Shown here: one piece after another, positions 19,007 to 30,330 of the stretch
Layout of the letters: each line of letters opens with the position of its first letter
How positions within the stretch are numbered: the stretch's first letter is position 1
Sequence record: DRR378314_1972
DNA length: 32,854 nt
Reading direction: 5' to 3' (one strand)
The notes under the pieces: generated by a model
Seen by the model: the letters and a program-made list of their open reading frames with translations, nothing else
The model's database searches: none
What the model was told of the DNA's origin: nothing
Position numbers and translations under genes: made by a program

Positions 19007-19714
19007 ATGCGTGTACTGCTTGTAGAAGATGATCCCACAACATCACGCAGCATCGAGTTGATGCTGACCCACGCCAATTTGAACGTCTATGCGACGGATC
19101 TTGGCGAAGAAGGGATCGATTTGGCAAAGCTGTATGACTATGATCTTATCCTGCTTGATCTGGATCTGCCCGATATGAATGGCCATGAGGTGTTGCGCCA
19201 ATTGCGGTTGAGCCGGATTGCAACACCGATCCTGATATTGTCGGGGTCTGACGATACCGAAAGCAAGATCAAGGGGTTTGGCTTCGGGGCGGATGATTAT
19301 CTGACCAAACCTTTCCACCGGGAAGAACTGGTTGCACGCATTCACGCAATCATCCGCCGCTCAAAAGGGCATTCGCAATCGGTTATCGAGACCGGGCAGA
19401 TTGCGGTGAACCTTGATGCAAAGACTGTCGCGGTCGACAATCAGACGGTGCATTTGACCGGTAAAGAATACCAGATGCTTGAGCTTCTATCGCTGCGCAA
19501 AGGGACAACCCTGACCAAGGAAATGTTCCTGAACCATCTTTATGGCGGGATGGATGAGCCTGAACTCAAGATCATTGACGTTTTTATCTGCAAACTGCGC
19601 AAGAAGTTAAGCACCGCCACAGGCGGGGATAACTACATCGAAACGGTTTGGGGGCGCGGTTATGTGCTGCGCGATCCTGAACCTGTACAGATGGATCTGG
19701 CTGCCTCTGCCTGA
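19007..19714 (+). CDS. ctrA: Response regulator CtrA
   Basis: MRVLLVEDD...[17 protein letters not shown]...[10 protein letters not shown]...[24 protein letters not shown]...[16 protein letters not shown] lies 7 nt before ATG 19007. Confidence 0.98.
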   Translation: MRVLLVEDDPTTSRSIELMLTHANLNVYATDLGEEGIDLAKLYDYDLILLDLDLPDMNGHEVLRQLRLSRIATPILILSGSDDTESKIKGFGFGADDYLTKPFHREELVARIHAIIRRSKGHSQSVIETGQIAVNLDAKTVAVDNQTVHLTGKEYQMLELLSLRKGTTLTKEMFLNHLYGGMDEPELKIIDVFICKLRKKLSTATGGDNYIETVWGRGYVLRDPEPVQMDLAASA

Positions 19715-19738
19715 GAGGATGCCGTGAAATCACGCTAG

Positions 19739-24012
<4,274 letters not shown>

Positions 24013-24040
24013 CCTCCGCCGGAACATTTTGTTCGCAAAC

Positions 24041-24055
24041 GTTCGCAAAAAGTTC
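24041..24055 (+). promoter_or_regulatory. LexA (SOS) box, alphaproteobacterial type
   Basis: GTTC-GCAAAAA-GTTC is a perfect GTTC-N7-GTTC. There is an extra GTTC at 24031, GAAC at 24022, and GAAC-N7-CAAC at 24079-24093. Confidence 0.8.
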
Positions 24056-24070
24056 TTTACAGTCGGTTAA
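24056..24070 (+). promoter_or_regulatory. CtrA-like box overlapping a -35-like TTTACA
   Basis: TTTA-N7-TTAA, one mismatch, directly adjacent to the LexA box. Confidence 0.4.
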
Positions 24071-24109
24071 AGGAATGAGAACAAAGGGGCAACAAGAGCG
24101 GAGGTTCCG

Positions 24110-24238
24110 ATGACAACGTTAAAAACACTCAAATCCATCGCCAAGCGGTCGAAAGATACGATTGTGCAGGATGCGGTTGGTGCGGCAGCGCTTACAGTGA
24201 TGCTCGTTGGTTGTCTTTATCTGCCTGTTTTTGTTTGA
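24110..24238 (+). CDS. Putative SOS-inducible small membrane protein (42 aa)
   Basis: MTTLKTLKSIAKRSKDTIVQDAVGAAALTVMLVGCLYLPVFV*, with a GGAGG RBS at 24100-24104, a basic N-terminus and a hydrophobic C-terminal TM segment. Below the ORF-track cutoff. Confidence 0.8.
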   Translation: MTTLKTLKSIAKRSKDTIVQDAVGAAALTVMLVGCLYLPVFV

Positions 24239-24258
24239 TTTCTGCCTGCGATCTTATG

Positions 24259-24354
24259 CCGTTTTGCCCCTTTGCATCCGTCCCAAATTGATGCTGTCAG
24301 CGGGTACTGCCTGTCCTTGACTGACACGGGGTTTCTGCCCCAAGGGCAAAACGG
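24259..24354 (+). ncRNA. Candidate structured 3'-UTR or 3'-derived sRNA
   Basis: An 11-bp closing stem CCGTTTTGCCC/GGGCAAAACGG encloses three hairpins (GCATC/GATGC, TGTCAG/CTGACA, GGGG/CCCC). Confidence 0.45.
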
Positions 24355-24378
24355 GTCCCCGTAAGAAACGCTTTCCTT

Positions 24379-24413
24379 GCGCCGCCATCCTTTTGGATGT
24401 GCGGCGTTTTTTT
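24379..24413 (+). terminator. Intrinsic terminator of the small-ORF transcript
   Basis: GCGCCGC-c-ATCC-tttt-GGAT-gt-GCGGCG followed by T7. Confidence 0.8.
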
Positions 24414-24546
24414 GCACTGGTAAGCATACTGGAACCCGTGCCGGGCCTAATGCGTCGCGCCTTAAACTGAGGCCCAAATATCGCTTTTCGCGTTCGTCCA
24501 AAGCGAGAAGCAGCAAATAAGCGATCCATGTTTAAGGCGGGGCGAT

Positions 24547-25002
24547 CTAGGCGTCGCCTGCGGGCTGCATGGCCTGTTCCATGGCCTCAACCATCGCTTC
24601 CATGCTCAACATAATCGAGGCATGGCGGTTTTTATACTCGACCGCCGGGGTCAACACGTCGAACCCGTGAAAAGGGGCGTCAGGCACAGGGCCACCAGAC
24701 TTCAGCATGGCCAGAAGTTGATCTCGGCCCTTTGCTACCACTTCAAGTGAGGCCCCGATTGCACCACCAGCGGCCACGGCGGCGGCGGCCTGACCCAAGG
24801 CGCAGGCTTTCACGTCCTGACCCAGATCGGCCAATTTTCCATCACGCACCTGCACATCGACTGTCACCGCAGAACCACATAGGGGCGAGCGGCGTTTGAC
24901 AGTTGCATCCGGAGCTTCCAGACGGCCCAGATAAGGGATGTCAGCCGCCAGCGCCAAAATGCGTCCGGAATAAAGTTTGATTAAATCGGTGTCGCCTGAC
25001 AT
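24547..25002 (-). CDS. Fe-S cluster scaffold-like protein (IscU/NifU N-terminal family)
   Basis: SPLCGS and KACALGQA motifs. The third motif reads RHASI. Confidence 0.85.
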   Translation of the reverse strand: MSGDTDLIKLYSGRILALAADIPYLGRLEAPDATVKRRSPLCGSAVTVDVQVRDGKLADLGQDVKACALGQAAAAVAAGGAIGASLEVVAKGRDQLLAMLKSGGPVPDAPFHGFDVLTPAVEYKNRHASIMLSMEAMVEAMEQAMQPAGDA

Positions 25003-25067
25003 GTCTGTTTCCTTAGCCGCCTAATGCCTACATAACCTTCCCGTCCGCAGATGCAAATTCATGAAAG

Positions 25068-25433
25068 ATGTCGACCATGTCATTTAATCCATCCGACCTG
25101 ACCTTCAACGATGCCGGTTTGATCCCGGTCATTGCTCAAGACGCAAAGAGCCATGAGGTACTGATGTTGGCATGGATGAATGCAGAGGCGGTCACCCGTA
25201 CCCTAGAGACCCGCCGCGTGACCTATTGGAGCCGGTCACGACAGTCATTCTGGATCAAGGGCGAAACCAGCGGTCATACTCAGGAACTGGTCGAGTTTCG
25301 TTTTGACTGCGATCAGGATTGTCTTTTGGTTCTGGTCAACCAGACCGGCGCGGCCTGTCATACGGGGCGGCGTCACTGCTTTTACCGCGCAGTAAAGGGG
25401 GATGAGGTGGTGGAACTTATTGCGCCTGAATAA
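25068..25433 (+). CDS. hisI: Phosphoribosyl-AMP cyclohydrolase
   Basis: YWSRSR..WIKGETSGH, DCDQD, ACHTGRRHCF. The start is 25068 or 25077. Confidence 0.97.
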   Translation: MSTMSFNPSDLTFNDAGLIPVIAQDAKSHEVLMLAWMNAEAVTRTLETRRVTYWSRSRQSFWIKGETSGHTQELVEFRFDCDQDCLLVLVNQTGAACHTGRRHCFYRAVKGDEVVELIAPE

Positions 25434-25460
25434 GTTAAAGCTTTAGATTAGTTAAGGATC

Positions 25461-26330
25461 CTATCTATCTATTAGTGAGCGAATATCTTGGGTAGTTAAC
25501 CCTTCATTTCGATAGGTCGATATGGCCTGCGCATCGTCTCGTTTGGCAAGCCGCTTGCCCGCATCATCGCGGATCAGCCTGTGGTGGTGATAGCTGGGCA
25601 CCGGCAGGCCCAGCAGTGTTTGCAGAACCACGTGGATTTTCGTCGCTTCAAATAGATCCGCACCGCGCACCACATGGCTGATGCCCTGCGCAGCATCATC
25701 CAGCACCACGGCGAGGTGATAAGAGGTGCCCATGTCACGCCGTGCGATGACGATATCGCCGACCTGGTTGATCACATCTTGACCGGTAAATCTGATCTGG
25801 CCGGTTTCGCCTGCAGGCCCTGCACCTGTCTCGGTGAACTGGAAAACCTGATCGGGATTTTCGATGGCGGCTGCGATGTTAAGCCGCAAGACGGTATTGC
25901 CTTGCGGGCGTTCCGATTGAGACTGCTCCCCATCAGGTCGGCAAGTACCGGGATAGATCAGCCCGTCCGGCCCATGGGTTGGCACACCTTCCTGCGGGGC
26001 GGAAAGTGCAGCGTTGATATCGGCGCGAGTGCAGCTGCAAGGGTAAATATGATTGCTCTTCCAAAGGCTATCCAGCGTGGCCCCATAGACGGCCAGCCGC
26101 TCTGACTGGCGCATCACGGGTGTCGGCCAGCGCAGGCCCAGCCATGCCAGATCATCGTAGATCTGTGCCTCCCATGCAGGGCGCGCGCGGGATTGATCAA
26201 TATCTTCGATCCGCAGCAGGAATTCACCGCCCTGTTCAACGGCCATATCATAGGCCAGCATCGCCGAATAGGCATGGCCAAGGTGAAGCGGTCCGGTTGG
26301 GGATGGCGCAAAACGGGTTCTAAAAGTCAC
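25461..26330 (-). CDS. gluQ: tRNA glutamyl-Q(34) synthetase
   Basis: RFAPSPTGPLHLGH, LRIEDID, CSCTR...YPGTC, YHLAVVLDD, RGADL, RLAKR. At 289 aa it lacks the anticodon-binding domain of GltX. Confidence 0.93.
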   Translation of the reverse strand: MTFRTRFAPSPTGPLHLGHAYSAMLAYDMAVEQGGEFLLRIEDIDQSRARPAWEAQIYDDLAWLGLRWPTPVMRQSERLAVYGATLDSLWKSNHIYPCSCTRADINAALSAPQEGVPTHGPDGLIYPGTCRPDGEQSQSERPQGNTVLRLNIAAAIENPDQVFQFTETGAGPAGETGQIRFTGQDVINQVGDIVIARRDMGTSYHLAVVLDDAAQGISHVVRGADLFEATKIHVVLQTLLGLPVPSYHHHRLIRDDAGKRLAKRDDAQAISTYRNEGLTTQDIRSLIDR

Positions 26331-26935
26331 GCTTTTTCGAGGATATAAACGTTAGATTGCATGTTGATACCCGGCAAATGTGCGCCGCGTTCGTGAAACA
26401 GCAGACGCGCCGCACCACAGTCGGTCCATTCGTTGATCCGTGCCTCATGAACCGGATCTTGAAGCGTGTGATCGTTGAAACTGAACACCAGACGGCCATC
26501 GCGCGGCAGGGCTTTCATCAGCATGTCCAAAACCGAAATGGGCGCAGCCCCGGTGCCAATCACGCCAATGGCGGCAATATTGGCATAGCTGCCTGTTGCA
26601 ATGACGGTGTCGGCCGTCACCTGTCTGGTGCTGCGATAAACACCTTTCTGTGTCGCCTGTGCCAACATTTCCTTTGATATATCAACACCATCGATGGTTT
26701 CAAACCCGGCCAGCTTCAGCGCCAGACCGGACAATCCCGTGCCACACCCGAAATCCAGGAGCGGGGCAGTCAGGTCTGGCGTCATTCCTGCCAGTGCAGC
26801 GGCACATCGCCCCGGTGTAGCATAGCCGTGTTCGCCAACTTCCGTCTCATAGGTTTTGGCCCAGGCGTCGTAGATCTCGCGTGTTTCGGTCTCACCGCTT
26901 GCGGCATAGACCTTGTTCAGAAAAACCTCTGTCAT
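26327..26935 (-). CDS. Class I SAM-dependent methyltransferase
   Basis: LLDFGCGTGLSG motif I and GVDISKEML. Its stop overlaps the gluQ start. Confidence 0.9.
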   Translation of the reverse strand: MTEVFLNKVYAASGETETREIYDAWAKTYETEVGEHGYATPGRCAAALAGMTPDLTAPLLDFGCGTGLSGLALKLAGFETIDGVDISKEMLAQATQKGVYRSTRQVTADTVIATGSYANIAAIGVIGTGAAPISVLDMLMKALPRDGRLVFSFNDHTLQDPVHEARINEWTDCGAARLLFHERGAHLPGINMQSNVYILEKA

Positions 26936-26944
26936 GGCAGAAGT

Positions 26945-28294
26945 TTAGGCGGGCAGTTCACTTCTGTCCAGCCATGCCTGCCAATCCAGTTTGGCGCGAT
27001 CCGTATAGGCCTTGTAACGATCCTTGCGCCCCCGACGTCCCGATTTCAGCCCTTCAACCGGCGGGAAGAGGCCAAAGTTCACATTCATCGGCTGGAAAGT
27101 TTTGGCATCAGCGCCACCAGTGATATGGGTGATCAACGCGCCCATCGCCGTGGTATTCGGTGGGGTTGGGGCAGTGCCGCCCAGCAGCTCTGCCGCGGCC
27201 ATACGGCCGGCCAGCAGCCCCATGGCCGCGCTTTCCACATAGCCTTCAACGCCGGTGATCTGCCCGGCAAAGCGGATATTGGGGCGCGAGCGCAGGCGCA
27301 TCTGGTCATCCAGCAAGGTGGGTGAGTTGATAAAGGAGTTGCGATGAATGCCGCCGAGTCGCGCAAAGGAAGCATCCTCAAGGCCGGGTATCATTTTAAA
27401 AACATCAGTTTGCGCGCCGTACTTCATCTTGGTCTGAAAGCCGACCATGTTGTAAAGCGTGCCCAGCTTATTGTCGCGGCGTAGCTGCACAACGGCATAG
27501 GCTTTGACATCAGGCTGATGGGCATTGGTCAGCCCCACGGGTTTCATCGGGCCAAAGCGCAGGGTCTCGCGACCGCGTTCGGCCATGACCTCAATCGGCA
27601 AGCAGCCGTCGAAATACCCGGCGGTTTCGCCTTCGCGGAACTCGGTCTTATCCGCCGCCAGCAGCGCGTCAATGAAGGCTTCATATTGCTCTTTCGACAT
27701 TGGGCAGTTCAGATAGGCGGTACGCTCTTCCTCGGTCTCGCCCTTGTCATAACGGGACTGCATCCAGGCGCGGTCCATATTGATGCTGTCGAAATAGATG
27801 ATCGGCGCGATGGCGTCAAAAAATGCGAGGGCCTCGGCACCGGTCTCTGCGGCAATGGCTTCGGCCAATGCGCCAGAAGTCAGCGGGCCGGTTGCAATGA
27901 TCCATTGACCGTCTTCTGGCAGGCTGGTGATCTCACCATATTCAACGGTGATATTCGGATGGGCCAACAGGGCGTCGGTGACGGATTGGGCAAAGGGTTC
28001 ACGGTCCACCGCCAGCGCGCCACCGGCGGGCAGCTTGTGCTTATCCGCAGTGGCCATGATTAACCCGTTTGCCGCACGCATTTCCCAATGCAGCAGCCCC
28101 ACGGCGTTTTGTTCTGAATCATCCGAACGGAAAGAGTTGGAACAGACCATTTCCCCCAGCAACCCGGTTTGGTGGGCAAATGTCCCGACATCGGGCCGCA
28201 TTTCATGGATGACGACCTGAACGCCGGCATTTGCTGCCTGCCAGGCGGCTTCTGAACCGGCCATGCCGCCGCCAATGATGTGTAAGGTATCCAT
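26945..28294 (-). CDS. trmFO: Methylenetetrahydrofolate--tRNA-(uracil-54) methyltransferase
   Basis: [63 protein letters not shown] 28294 follows AAAGGG. Confidence 0.97.
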   Translation of the reverse strand: MDTLHIIGGGMAGSEAAWQAANAGVQVVIHEMRPDVGTFAHQTGLLGEMVCSNSFRSDDSEQNAVGLLHWEMRAANGLIMATADKHKLPAGGALAVDREPFAQSVTDALLAHPNITVEYGEITSLPEDGQWIIATGPLTSGALAEAIAAETGAEALAFFDAIAPIIYFDSINMDRAWMQSRYDKGETEEERTAYLNCPMSKEQYEAFIDALLAADKTEFREGETAGYFDGCLPIEVMAERGRETLRFGPMKPVGLTNAHQPDVKAYAVVQLRRDNKLGTLYNMVGFQTKMKYGAQTDVFKMIPGLEDASFARLGGIHRNSFINSPTLLDDQMRLRSRPNIRFAGQITGVEGYVESAAMGLLAGRMAAAELLGGTAPTPPNTTAMGALITHITGGADAKTFQPMNVNFGLFPPVEGLKSGRRGRKDRYKAYTDRAKLDWQAWLDRSELPA

Positions 28295-28399
28295 GTCAGC
28301 CCTTTGCGGTTTCCTGAAGTTGATCGGATCACCCAACATGGTCGGCCATGGGAAGAGGCAGGTTTGTCAGGGGAAACAGATCACAAGGTGTTTGGGGGG

Positions 28400-28551
28400 A
28401 TTTAGGGCAGCTGCCACATAGGTGCAATGGGCAGCGTCAAAGATCCAATCGGGGGAGGGGGCTGATTTGGGGTCGCCGCTGCAGGGATGGTCGATCAGTG
28501 AGAGGCTGATCTGGAGGGACCTTCTGCTAGGCGGCGACCCAAAATAGTCAG
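28400..28551 (-). ncRNA. Candidate sRNA or structured leader upstream of trmFO
   Basis: A 14/15-bp stem (28465-28479 with 28531-28545) encloses a GATCAG/CTGATC hairpin. Minus-strand loops include CCUCUCA and CCCCCUCCCCC. A further GCTGCC/GGCAGC hairpin lies downstream on the minus strand. Confidence 0.4.
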
Positions 28552-28576
28552 GCGCATCTGCGCTCTGTCATAATCA

Positions 28577-28598
28577 TGCCCCAATTGTGCCCCAATTG
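28577..28598. repeat. Perfect 11-bp tandem repeat, likely a regulator binding site
   Basis: TGCCCCAATTG x2. Confidence 0.6.
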
Positions 28599-28641
28599 AT
28601 AGTCCTGATTTTGCAACAATTGAAAACAGCTTTGGAAACAA

Positions 28642-29427
28642 TCATTGGTCCCAGTCGGGATCGCGTTTTTCAAGGAAGGCATTGATGCCCTCGGCGGTGT
28701 CATCGCGCAGCATGTTTTGCACCATGACCTCGCCGGTATAAGCATAGGCCTCTGCCACGGGCATGGACATTTGGGTGTAAAATGCCCCTTTGCCGATTTT
28801 CACCGCTGCGCTCAGTTTAGCGGCGACAGTTTCGGCCAGCTCTGCGGTTTCCGCTTCAAGGGATTCGGCTGTCACCACACGGTTGATCAGACCCAATGAT
28901 TCTGCCCGTGTCGCGTCGATGAACCTGCCGGTGGTCAACATTTCAAACGCCTGTTTACGGGGGATGTTGCGGGACAGGGCGACCATTGGGGTCGAACAGA
29001 ACAGCCCGATGTTCACTCCGTTCACGCCAAATCTTGTGCCTTCCGCCGCAACAGCCATGTCGCAGGTGGCGACCAGTTGGCATCCGGCAGCGGTGGCGAT
29101 GCCATGCACCTGCGCGATCACCGGCTGTGGCATCGACTGAATACGGGCCATGACGCTGGCACAGCGGTCAAACAGATCCTTGAACGCCGCCGCGCCCCCA
29201 TCCGGTGCCTGCCGCATCGCGGTCATCTGGCGCAGATCATGCCCGGCGCAGAAGGCTTTGCCGCTGCCGGACAGCGTAATCACACGGGTGTCCGGGTCAT
29301 CGGCCAGTTGGTCGAGTGTCGATTGCAAAGCCGCCAGCATCTCGTCTGACAGGGCATTCAACCGCTCGGGCGCGTTCATTGTCAGGTGGGTCACGGCCCC
29401 ACGTTGCGTCACTTGCAAAATTGCCAT
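28642..29427 (-). CDS. Enoyl-CoA hydratase/isomerase family protein
   Basis: NALS, FCAGHDL, PVIAQVHGIATAAGCQLVATCD, EGINAFLEKR crotonase-fold motifs. Confidence 0.94.
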   Translation of the reverse strand: MAILQVTQRGAVTHLTMNAPERLNALSDEMLAALQSTLDQLADDPDTRVITLSGSGKAFCAGHDLRQMTAMRQAPDGGAAAFKDLFDRCASVMARIQSMPQPVIAQVHGIATAAGCQLVATCDMAVAAEGTRFGVNGVNIGLFCSTPMVALSRNIPRKQAFEMLTTGRFIDATRAESLGLINRVVTAESLEAETAELAETVAAKLSAAVKIGKGAFYTQMSMPVAEAYAYTGEVMVQNMLRDDTAEGINAFLEKRDPDWDQ

Positions 29428-29486
29428 CTTGTCACCCTCGTGTTTTCTGCGCCAACTCTAGGGGCAAAAACAAGGGAAGAACAAGC

Positions 29487-29915
29487 ATGGCCGCCGTGAT
29501 GACAGCACAGCAATTGAACGATTTTCTGGGGCAGGTGTTTGAGCAGGTCGCGGATGACTTCCACGTGGATGAGGTCGCAGGCGACCATGTGACCATGCGC
29601 TTGCTGACCTCTGACAAACATCTGCGCCCCGGTGGTACCATCTCCGGGCCGGCGATGTTTGGCTTGGCGGATGTGGCGGCCTATGTCGTGACCCTGGCGC
29701 ATATCGGGCCCAAGGCGCTGGCGGTCACCACCAATTGTTCGATTGATTTCATGCGCAAACCCGAGGCCGGAGTGCCCCTGATCGCCAAGGCGCGGCTTTT
29801 GAAGTTGGGCAAGCAACTGTCGGTCACGGATGTCTTGTTATTTTCGGAAGGGATGGAGGCCCCCGTGGCACGGGCCAGCCTTACCTACGCAATCCCGCCG
29901 AAATCAATGGGCTGA
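29487..29915 (+). CDS. PaaI family (hotdog) thioesterase
   Basis: HLRPGGTISGPAMFGLAD and AVTTNCSIDFMRK. ATG 29487 follows AAGGGA. The longer ORF-track start overlaps the neighbouring gene. Confidence 0.9.
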   Translation: MAAVMTAQQLNDFLGQVFEQVADDFHVDEVAGDHVTMRLLTSDKHLRPGGTISGPAMFGLADVAAYVVTLAHIGPKALAVTTNCSIDFMRKPEAGVPLIAKARLLKLGKQLSVTDVLLFSEGMEAPVARASLTYAIPPKSMG

Positions 29916-29930
29916 CGGGCCATAGCAACG

Positions 29931-29957
29931 AAAAATGGGCCGGAAAATTCCGGCCCA
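29931..29957 (-). terminator. Intrinsic terminator for the DUF1127 gene
   Basis: AAAAA-TGGGCCGGAA-aa-TTCCGGCCCA, giving a T-run on the minus strand. Confidence 0.75.
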
Positions 29958-29990
29958 GTTGGAAGAGATCTGGCGGTTGCCACGGGGATG

Positions 29991-30221
29991 TTACACCCGC
30001 CAGAACACGCGTCGGTATTCGTCACGAACATCGTCGCGTGTCAGTCCCACATCGCTCAGCTGCCACGGCTCCAGTTGCGAAAGCGCAAGCCGTGTGCGGC
30101 GGCGAGTGGCCCATTTCGTCACCACAACCGCGAAACGGACCGCAAGCTGCGCCGCAATCGGCGTGCCTTGCTGGGAGAGAATGCTGGAAGCATCGGTCGG
30201 CATCGGTCTGGTGAGTGTCAT
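29991..30221 (-). CDS. DUF1127 (YjiS-like) small protein, 76 aa
   Basis: W..RRRTRLALSQLEPWQLSDVGLTRDDV...RRVFWR matches the DUF1127 pattern. GAAAGGAG RBS before ATG 30221. Confidence 0.9.
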   Translation of the reverse strand: MTLTRPMPTDASSILSQQGTPIAAQLAVRFAVVVTKWATRRRTRLALSQLEPWQLSDVGLTRDDVRDEYRRVFWRV

Positions 30222-30240
30222 GGGAAACTCCTTTCGTAGA

Positions 30241-30330
30241 ATTGTATTGACACAATATAGCAATTTGCTACAGGATAACGATACAAATACTGATACAAAG
30301 CTGCTAGGGAAATATTGTAATGAGTACAAT
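30241..30330. promoter_or_regulatory. Operator array between the DUF1127 gene and the MocR regulator
   Basis: ATTGT-N6-ACAAT (30241-30256), GATACAAA direct repeats (30280, 30292), and ATTGTA-N5-TACAAT (30314-30330) spanning the regulator's ATG. Confidence 0.65.

Noticed and set aside
24217-24529. Minus-strand ORFs of 99 and 91 aa in the recG-iscU spacer
   Set aside because: No recognisable motif or clear RBS. The region is better explained by the + strand small gene, its structured 3' region and its terminator.
25431-25500. AT-rich TTAA-containing junction between hisI and gluQ
   Set aside because: It lies between convergent gene ends, the TTAA spacing does not fit a CtrA box, and there are no terminal repeats suggesting an insertion scar.
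28462-28551. Rod-like hairpin as 6S RNA or SRP RNA
   Set aside because: It lacks the SRP GGAA-loop/AGCAG motif and is too short and in the wrong context for 6S RNA. It is kept only as an unnamed RNA candidate.
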